A stretch of 64,000 bases of DNA, from positions 62,001 through 126,000 of the IMG/VR virus record IMGVR_UViG_3300035698_035310. One strand, 5' to 3'. Below the pieces are notes generated by a model. The model did no database searches. It was not told where the DNA came from and saw only the letters and a list, made by a program, of their open reading frames with translations. Positions 57,655 through 64,000 of the stretch are shown one piece after another. A program made the position numbers and the translations under genes. Positions within the stretch are counted from its first letter, which is position 1. Each line of letters starts with the position of its first letter.

Positions 57655-57857
57655 CAACATTATTGCGCGAAGGAATCAGAGATAATGCCGGTGTGGCATC
57701 AACACTTGCTTTACATCGATTAGGGTTTCCTGACGTCACCAGTGTCCTCATTGGTAATACTTATGAATTTGATTACGAAGGAGACGTTGACGAAATCGTA
57801 AAAGAGTTGTATAATCCAGTAATGGAAGATTATACAGTGGAGGTTATTGAAGAATGA
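57639..57857 (+). CDS. purS: phosphoribosylformylglycinamidine synthase subunit PurS
   Basis: LREGIRDNAG.A...AL..LGF..V..V.IG...L.NPVMEDY. Confidence 0.85.
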   Translation: MRYRVTTLLREGIRDNAGVASTLALHRLGFPDVTSVLIGNTYEFDYEGDVDEIVKELYNPVMEDYTVEVIEE

Positions 57858-58201
57858 AAGTATATTTAGATGATTATCGTAAAATACCAGATGACACTTG
57901 GACTTTGGCTACGTCATATCAAAACTTTAGACATGTTATTGAAGATGGCGATGAAGAGATAACTGAAATATCATTCGACCACGATTTGGGGGTAGATAGT
58001 AGCAACCATGTAGCCTTAACAGGCATGGATGCAGTTAAATGGCTAATCAGCCATATAGAATGCTTTGCACCAGAATTAAATAGATCATTAAAAGCCATAT
58101 ATGTTCATAGTGCAAATCCAGTTGGTGCAGAAAATATACGTTCATACTGCAAAAGCGCACAAAAGCACGGAATTTTAAATATGGACGTGGTCGTTAAATA
58201 G
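57854..58201 (+). CDS. cyclic-phosphate-processing receiver-like domain protein
   Basis: VYLDDYR, ISFDHDLG, TG.D...W, VHSANPVG. Confidence 0.85.
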   Translation: MKVYLDDYRKIPDDTWTLATSYQNFRHVIEDGDEEITEISFDHDLGVDSSNHVALTGMDAVKWLISHIECFAPELNRSLKAIYVHSANPVGAENIRSYCKSAQKHGILNMDVVVK

Positions 58202-58245
58202 TATTATAATAAATATATTATACACGATTTAACGAGGATAAGCAA

Positions 58246-58554
58246 ATGAAGCACTTATTACTATCATTATCTATACTTATGGGTTTAACGTATACAACAA
58301 CATCAGCACACGCACAAGCGGTATGTGGACCACGCGATAGCATGGTAAAACAGCTAGGTAAGGGTTATACAGAAACACAAAAAATGATAGGTTTAGCGGC
58401 AAATGGCAGTTTGATGGAAATATTTACATCAGACATTTCTGGATCGTGGACTATTATGTTAACTGCGCCAAATGATACCACGTGTTTAATGGCGGCAGGA
58501 AAATTTTTTGGTATGGTTAAGGAAACAAAAAAGCCAAATAGTAAAGAAAATTAA
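58246..58554 (+). CDS. secreted protein (alphaproteobacterial-type family)
   Basis: Signal peptide AHA; CGPR...L...Y.E....G...EIF.S...GSWT....P...CL.A.G. Confidence 0.75.
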   Translation: MKHLLLSLSILMGLTYTTTSAHAQAVCGPRDSMVKQLGKGYTETQKMIGLAANGSLMEIFTSDISGSWTIMLTAPNDTTCLMAAGKFFGMVKETKKPNSKEN

Positions 58555-58570
58555 CAATTAAAGGTGATTG

Positions 58571-59032
58571 ATGAAAATTAGATATAAAATAGGAGATTTG
58601 TTGGATTGTCCTGAACAAACAATATTGCAGGGAGTTAATATGCAGATCAAAATGCGATCTGGGATAGCCAAAGCAATTCGTGAAAAATACCCAGAAGTTT
58701 ACGAAGAATATAAAAAAGTCGCAGAAACAAAGGGTTTACACCTTGGTGATGTTATATGGGTGGCAACAGATGATAAATTGATAGCCAATGGTGTCACACA
58801 AGAATTTTATGGCAGAGATAATAAGTGCTATATTGATTACGAGGCGATACGAACGGTAATGAAAACTATTAATTCTTGTGCTATATTGAGTAATATTACG
58901 CATGTATCCATGCCATTAATAGGTGCAGGATTGGGCGGCGGCGATTTTAGTATAATTTCAAAAATTATTGAAGAAGAGTCCAAGAATTTTCAACCGGTTG
59001 TGTATGTATTAACAGAATCTGATCTTCCGTGA
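58571..59032 (+). CDS. macro-domain (ADP-ribose hydrolase) protein
   Basis: GDLL, QGVN...M.SGIA.AI, TQ.FYG, MPLIGAGLGGG. Confidence 0.9.
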   Translation: MKIRYKIGDLLDCPEQTILQGVNMQIKMRSGIAKAIREKYPEVYEEYKKVAETKGLHLGDVIWVATDDKLIANGVTQEFYGRDNKCYIDYEAIRTVMKTINSCAILSNITHVSMPLIGAGLGGGDFSIISKIIEEESKNFQPVVYVLTESDLP

Positions 59033-59900
59033 GTTTTTTACATTGCCAATTTTTTAATAGTCCGCGATTGGGTTTATAGTTTTCGTTTTTCCACATTTTG
59101 GTTAAAGTCCATATTGGCAAGTTCAAATCTTCCGAAAACGTGATTAAAGTTCCGTATGCTAAATATATATTGTTATCGGGTGCAACAATCCTCCAAATAT
59201 GTTTTTTTGCATTATTATATTTTAATGTATCTGTTCTTTTTTTAATAGACTGTGGTGATAATGGGTTAGTTTTTATACCTTTATTCCATGGAATATTACC
59301 TTTTAGTGTGTTGCTTATTTTCTGTCTCACATCTAATCGTTTTGATGAACTAAGAGCGCCCGTTCTGCCAGTTGGTCTACCGGTCAAAGTTTTGCTTATT
59401 TTTTGTTTTATATTATCTGCATTAGAACCAAATCGTTCCATAAATGATTTTCCTTTATGGCGTAAACTCATTTCATATTTTATTTGCGTCGCTTTTTCTT
59501 TTCCGTATCTTTGTTCTAATGTTATACCTTTTAATTTTTCTCTAAGTAAATTTTTTGTATATTCTGAAGTTTTGCTACCTTTTCTGTTTGGTGGTCTAAG
59601 ACCAAGGCATATATTGGTTAATATTCCGTTTTTTTCAAAATCTATTCTGCCATATTGACGAATTAATTTATCTTCTAAATCATATGCATCATTTTCAGAT
59701 AAATGTTTTGATACAATATGTATAATAGGATGTTGACCATTTTTCAATATATTTTGTATTTTTTTAAACTTTCTTTTATTATCAGCATTGGCTTCAGTTT
59801 CCGTCAAATGTATGAGATAGCGATTTTTGCATCCTTTGCCGATATAAAACGGCTCATTGGTATATGGATCATAATAAATATAGACATAATAAGTATTCAT
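58965..59900 (-). CDS. GIY-YIG homing endonuclease with NUMOD3-like repeats
   Basis: YVYIY.DP....FYIGKG...R...H, E..LI..YGR..G.LTN; KISKTLTG, PWNKG; start at 59900 (AGGAG SD). Confidence 0.88.
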   Translation of the reverse strand: MNTYYVYIYYDPYTNEPFYIGKGCKNRYLIHLTETEANADNKRKFKKIQNILKNGQHPIIHIVSKHLSENDAYDLEDKLIRQYGRIDFEKNGILTNICLGLRPPNRKGSKTSEYTKNLLREKLKGITLEQRYGKEKATQIKYEMSLRHKGKSFMERFGSNADNIKQKISKTLTGRPTGRTGALSSSKRLDVRQKISNTLKGNIPWNKGIKTNPLSPQSIKKRTDTLKYNNAKKHIWRIVAPDNNIYLAYGTLITFSEDLNLPIWTLTKMWKNENYKPNRGLLKNWQCKKLTEDQILLIHTQPVENSWTLLQ

Positions 59901-59954
59901 GCTGTAAACTCCTGTATAGTTTATAGTGTAATTGGGTGTTCCATCACCGCGAAT

Positions 59955-59986
59955 TACATTACTATTTATTAATAAATAGTAATGTA
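59955..59986. repeat. perfect 32-bp palindrome containing divergent late promoters
   Basis: TACATTACTATTTATT|AATAAATAGTAATGTA. Confidence 0.95.
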
Positions 59987-60032
59987 TCCAACAATTGAGG
60001 ATTAATATTATGCAGGTGAATGACACAATATA

Positions 60033-60647
60033 ATGGCAAATAATGATATACATCAACTTTTAGTTGAATCAAAACAACGAATATCCAAGTATGATGATAT
60101 GCTAAACGAAGCAGAACGCACTTTTCGTGAATTAAACTCCCGTAATATGCAAGCAACGTTAATACAGATCGAAGATTTCTTTGACTCCAATAATCTATAT
60201 GCATTTAATAATTGGTTTGAAGGTATCGTTTGGGATGGCCCAAATATTACCAAATATTGGATTGAATTAACGTTGAAATATACGTATGAATCAATGCCAG
60301 AGCCAGTTGCGATGAATCGTTTCAGTGAAATGGGCGTTCAATATGATTTTGTTGATACCATAATAATGAAATCCAAAAAAGTTCAAAATCCTGACGACCT
60401 TGATCCAGTGACACGTAAGCCAAAAGAAGAAAAAGAACGTATATGGTTGGTTTCACTTAAGATTCCTAGACATTTAGTTGAAGACCCAATGCCTGATGAT
60501 TCAGAAGATGTTGATAATGTTCAAAACTTAGAAGCCACTGCGAACGCTGAAGAAGAAGCTAAAGGCAATCCAGACATGGAAGAAGCAGATGATATGACTG
60601 CGGACGATGGCGCAAGCGATGAAGGCGGCGACGAACTTGATTTATAA
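60033..60647 (+). CDS. conserved large-phage late protein with acidic tail
   Basis: LYAFNNW.EG...GP...YW...MP.P...WLV...IP; late promoter upstream. Confidence 0.7.
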   Translation: MANNDIHQLLVESKQRISKYDDMLNEAERTFRELNSRNMQATLIQIEDFFDSNNLYAFNNWFEGIVWDGPNITKYWIELTLKYTYESMPEPVAMNRFSEMGVQYDFVDTIIMKSKKVQNPDDLDPVTRKPKEEKERIWLVSLKIPRHLVEDPMPDDSEDVDNVQNLEATANAEEEAKGNPDMEEADDMTADDGASDEGGDELDL

Positions 60648-61389
60648 CATTAACATAAACGAAGGCTTGAAAGTAGCCGATCTCAATGATTTAGTTGATG
60701 AAACTATATCAATAGACAAATTTGCCAGCAAGATTGATACTGACGCAATCGTTGTTGCATTTAAATCACATAGCACCATAACATTACCAATGGATGACTT
60801 ATCAGAATTTATAGAAACCGGTAAGAACGAAGTTTTAGATACAGAAGTGAGTGCTGGCCCAGATAAAGATGGAAAATACCTATTGTTTGTAGAGTTTTTA
60901 AGAAATGAAAATTTTCCTAAAAATTTAATAGAAGTTTTAGATAGTATGAGATCACTAACATTAATAAAAAATTGGTCATATACATTTTATGGCGACTCAG
61001 ATGAAATAAAGGACGTGACGATGGAAAATTTAACCAATGACATTAGATTAGAGAAATTAGACCGCGATGTTACACCAGATGAAATCAAAGAAACGGTTGA
61101 ATTCTTCAAAAATAGCGATTTAGATGATATAAATTTCGATGGCGACAATCAAATATGTTTTGAACAAACGGGTCAAACCATAGTAAAACAACAAATAGCA
61201 TTAGGTGACCCAACAATGGTTCTTGATGCATTAAACATGAGAGTTTCTCCTATTCAATTAGATAATGACAGTCTTCGCGAATGTAGATACTTGAGGGGTT
61301 TTCTTGGGTCGAACTGGGAAGTTACTAAAATAAATGAACATTTCGTTCTAGCCAACGATGCAGATGAGAGAGTAATGATTATAAAATAA
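60607..61389 (+). CDS. hypothetical large-phage protein (start uncertain, possibly TTG 60637)
   Basis: NEGL...DL..LV...ISIDKF.SKI...FIE.G...LD.EVS...LFVEF.R. Confidence 0.7.
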   Translation: MAQAMKAATNLIYNININEGLKVADLNDLVDETISIDKFASKIDTDAIVVAFKSHSTITLPMDDLSEFIETGKNEVLDTEVSAGPDKDGKYLLFVEFLRNENFPKNLIEVLDSMRSLTLIKNWSYTFYGDSDEIKDVTMENLTNDIRLEKLDRDVTPDEIKETVEFFKNSDLDDINFDGDNQICFEQTGQTIVKQQIALGDPTMVLDALNMRVSPIQLDNDSLRECRYLRGFLGSNWEVTKINEHFVLANDADERVMIIK

Positions 61390-61459
61390 TAATACTTGAC
61401 ATCACCAAAGCCTTCGTTTAAGATATACATAATGTAATAATCTAAACGGAGGTTTTTTT

Positions 61460-62092
61460 ATGCCAAATACACTAGATGAATGCGCCACCATTGAACAAGT
61501 TGCCGAGTTTTATGAAACAAATACGGGAGATGAAGATTTTGACACTGATGTTGTTTATCGCATGGCTGAAATTTCGGCTGAAACAGACGAAAATTTAGAT
61601 AATTCATTAAGTTACCGAAATATGATGATCGGTGCGGATGAATACTGTGAACAACTTATCGGTGAGATCAATGAAGCAATTGCCGCGTTAGATGAAGCAT
61701 ATGATGCCGAACAATGGGATCAATTAACCGATGACATATTTACTGATTGGGAAAGCGATGAAGCAATGTCTGATGCCGCAGCGGAAATCGACGATGTAAA
61801 CAACCTACTACACGACTTTAAAGGATATCTTAATGATATCGGCGAATCAGTAACTGGTTTGTATGGCTCCGATTTTGATTTCGGATTCGGCGACATGATG
61901 AATGAATCATTTTTTGGTGACTTTTGGGGAACCGAAATGAACATGAATAAAATCCAACAATCACAAGACGAAATGGTATTGCTGTTAAATCGCATCATCA
62001 ATGCACAAGAGAAATTTGTCGATAATTTAGATGATATTGAAACAGAAATTCAAGATCACGTTAATGGTGTTTGGGACGATATCGCTGCGTAA
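61460..62092 (+). CDS. highly acidic helical hypothetical protein
   Basis: TTGACA promoter at 61396; GGAGG SD. Confidence 0.7.
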   Translation: MPNTLDECATIEQVAEFYETNTGDEDFDTDVVYRMAEISAETDENLDNSLSYRNMMIGADEYCEQLIGEINEAIAALDEAYDAEQWDQLTDDIFTDWESDEAMSDAAAEIDDVNNLLHDFKGYLNDIGESVTGLYGSDFDFGFGDMMNESFFGDFWGTEMNMNKIQQSQDEMVLLLNRIINAQEKFVDNLDDIETEIQDHVNGVWDDIAA

Positions 62093-62118
62093 TTTAATTT
62101 TATATAAGGAGAAATAAT

Positions 62119-62370
62119 ATGACTGAAGAACAGAAAAAAGCAGAACAAAAGAAAAACACTACAAATGCTGCCGTAGGTGGTAGTGCAGGAATTGCTGGCG
62201 AGGACGTTGTTGATACAATTCTTGGTATCGGCGAAACCGCACTGGATGTAACATTGGATGTGTTATCTGCTGGTACTGAAGTTGCTGGTGATGCATTAGG
62301 CGTTGCAGGTGATGTTGCTGAAGGTGCCGCAGAAATCGTTGGTGGCGTGCTTGGCGCAATAGCAGATTAA
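62119..62370 (+). CDS. Gly/Ala-rich low-complexity protein
   Basis: AAGGAG SD; repeated VAGD/AEG. Confidence 0.65.
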   Translation: MTEEQKKAEQKKNTTNAAVGGSAGIAGEDVVDTILGIGETALDVTLDVLSAGTEVAGDALGVAGDVAEGAAEIVGGVLGAIAD

Positions 62371-62372
62371 TC

Positions 62373-62591
62373 ATGGCTGAACAAAAATTGATTAATGCGC
62401 TAGAACGTGAAACCGAAGGGCTACGAATTGATTACATGGATCACTTAAAGGTGCTGACGATGGTTAAAGATAATGACCATGATGGCGTTCGTGACCAACT
62501 GTATGATATGGACACATGCCAACGTGATTCAATTTATAGCGAAATAGAACGATATGATACAGTGTTTTTTGAAGCATTAGGAGATATGTAA
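62373..62591 (+). CDS. hypothetical protein
   Basis: Coupled ORF. Confidence 0.6.
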   Translation: MAEQKLINALERETEGLRIDYMDHLKVLTMVKDNDHDGVRDQLYDMDTCQRDSIYSEIERYDTVFFEALGDM

Positions 62592-63130
62592 TGGATGAAC
62601 GTGAATTTACCAAAACGTGGTGGAAAAATTTGTGTGCAGACGAAGATCGATTGATTAAATGGCTCCAGAAACTGCAACATACAGAACGACACGGTTTCTA
62701 CGATAATCACGATGCGATAGAACGATTTACTGATCCAATGAAGGATAAAAATGCAATCAAAGTTCTTACACAAACCGCTATTGATGAATGGCGTCATGCC
62801 GATTTGTTAGTAGGGTTGATTCATAATCGCGGTCTTGCTATTACCGCACCAGTGAAAAGTTTGTATTGGGACGAAATGGAAAAAGTTATCGTCGACCTTG
62901 ATACATGCATGGCTGCATTTCACTTGGCAGAGACACTTGCCGCATGGAGATTTGAAATATTCTATGAATATGAAAATACACCCAATGATGTGAAACAATG
63001 GCTGGAGACAGTTATACCAGATGAACAATATCATGGCAAAATCTTTCGCAAATTAACATCCGAAGATACTATTGCACGAATTAAAATCGAACAGCAACGT
63101 GTCATCGAACTTATGAAATCTAAAAAATAA
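62591..63130 (+). CDS. ferritin-like di-iron protein
   Basis: TE...DEWRH and AE...DEQYH paired E..DE..H motifs. Confidence 0.8.
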   Translation: MDEREFTKTWWKNLCADEDRLIKWLQKLQHTERHGFYDNHDAIERFTDPMKDKNAIKVLTQTAIDEWRHADLLVGLIHNRGLAITAPVKSLYWDEMEKVIVDLDTCMAAFHLAETLAAWRFEIFYEYENTPNDVKQWLETVIPDEQYHGKIFRKLTSEDTIARIKIEQQRVIELMKSKK

Positions 63131-63211
63131 TGGAGAGACAAATGGGATTAAATCATAGAAACACTTATATCGTGGTGAATATTGATACAGGAATAACATC
63201 TATTCTTGACA

Positions 63212-64000
63212 ATGATGAACAACTACAACAGTTTTTATAAAGATTCAGTAGAATATTATGAAAGTGAAGAAAAATTTAATAGAAATAATGTTGTGATTGC
63301 AGGTGGTAACATCGTTGAATTGAAAACTAGTGTTATCGTTGTTACTCCTAAAAAAGAACCGGTAACACGCGATTCTATGATTGAAGATTTATTAGGTGAC
63401 GCTGGTGTAAAACGCACTCGTATGCGTAATTCTGGTAATGAATTTGTGAAATATACCAAGCTACCCAATGACGATGACATCGATGACGATTTGACAGAAG
63501 AAGATTATATAAATGAATACGATATTGAAACCGTCGCGTATGATAACAAACAACGAATAAGTGGCGTTGACGAGGGATTGCTTTACGGTGGTTCAACCGC
63601 CAAATTGAATAATGAATTAGCCAAATCTATTGTAGATGATATGGACGACACAGGTAATACAACGGATAAACTTGACGAAGTGCTTGATCGCATAGGAAAA
63701 CGCGTTGAAACACCAACCGAAATCAATAAAATGATTGATCCTATTGTCGAAATAGCCGAAGATACAATCAATAAAGTTACCGATGCAGCACGTGAAGGAA
63801 TCGTCAGTGCACTTGATCGTATTTCATCACCCGATTATCCTGATTTCATTAATGAAATAGTCAATAAAAACATTGATCTTGAAATAGAAAATGATGATAC
63901 ATCATTAGGATCAATGCCACGAGCGTCTGATCCCAAACCACAGGTTGACAAATTGGGTGAAATAGACGATACGGAATATTTTAACAGCGATATCATTCGT
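63212..64000 (+). CDS. acidic hypothetical protein, 3'-partial (may really start at 63142 via a +1 shift)
   Basis: Frame open from ATG 63212 to the window end (…YKDSVEYYESEE…EYFNSDIIR). Confidence 0.65.
   Translation, partial: MMNNYNSFYKDSVEYYESEEKFNRNNVVIAGGNIVELKTSVIVVTPKKEPVTRDSMIEDLLGDAGVKRTRMRNSGNEFVKYTKLPNDDDIDDDLTEEDYINEYDIETVAYDNKQRISGVDEGLLYGGSTAKLNNELAKSIVDDMDDTGNTTDKLDEVLDRIGKRVETPTEINKMIDPIVEIAEDTINKVTDAAREGIVSALDRISSPDYPDFINEIVNKNIDLEIENDDTSLGSMPRASDPKPQVDKLGEIDDTEYFNSDIIR

Noticed and set aside
59098-59658. 186-aa hydrophobic + strand ORF
   Set aside because: Mirror of the Lys-rich GIY-YIG gene.
1-64000. Stop-codon reassignment (alternative genetic code)
   Set aside because: Conserved genes are full length in code 11 and TAA, TGA and TAG all end genes at sensible positions; no suppressor tRNA seen.
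1-64000. Bacterial chromosome or prophage interpretation
   Set aside because: Housekeeping-like genes are isolated among phage ORFans, with T4-like late promoters, phage replication and structural genes; no integrase, rRNA or host-style operons.

Overview
AT-rich, gene-dense, almost entirely + strand window that looks like part of a jumbo (T4-related/Rak2-like) bacteriophage genome. Phage evidence: clamp-loader subunit, two-subunit phage type IIA topoisomerase, a stand-alone DnaE fragment, PhoH, GroES, MazG, Ig-repeat baseplate/tail proteins, at least five free-standing homing-endonuclease-like genes, and two promoter classes (sigma70 TTGACA-N16-18-TATAAT and T4-late-like (T/C/G/A)ATAAATA or CTAAATA). 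The host is probably a Gram-negative alphaproteobacterium (OmpA, FecR, DUF4402, ROSE element, style of TyrS/PurN); this is inference. The accessory load is large: a complete NitT/TauT-type ABC transporter cluster (ATPase frameshifted), three DUF4402 pilin-like genes, Hsp20, CDF transporter, PurN, PurS, CoaD, TilS, TyrS, TrmH, ClpS, SPFH and macro-domain genes. The stand-out is a full-length major vault protein (MVP) homologue at 8600-11209, with vault repeats, shoulder and cap helix. Other notable items: a non-canonical long-variable-arm tRNA(CAU); a promoter-driven ~63-nt three-way-junction RNA whose loop is complementary to the RBS of a divergent nuclease gene; a 32-bp perfect palindrome of back-to-back late promoters; a helicase/methyltransferase-like island; and a subtilisin fused to a virion Ig-repeat protein. 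No rRNA or CRISPR array was seen. All family calls are from motif recognition by eye; no database search was run.
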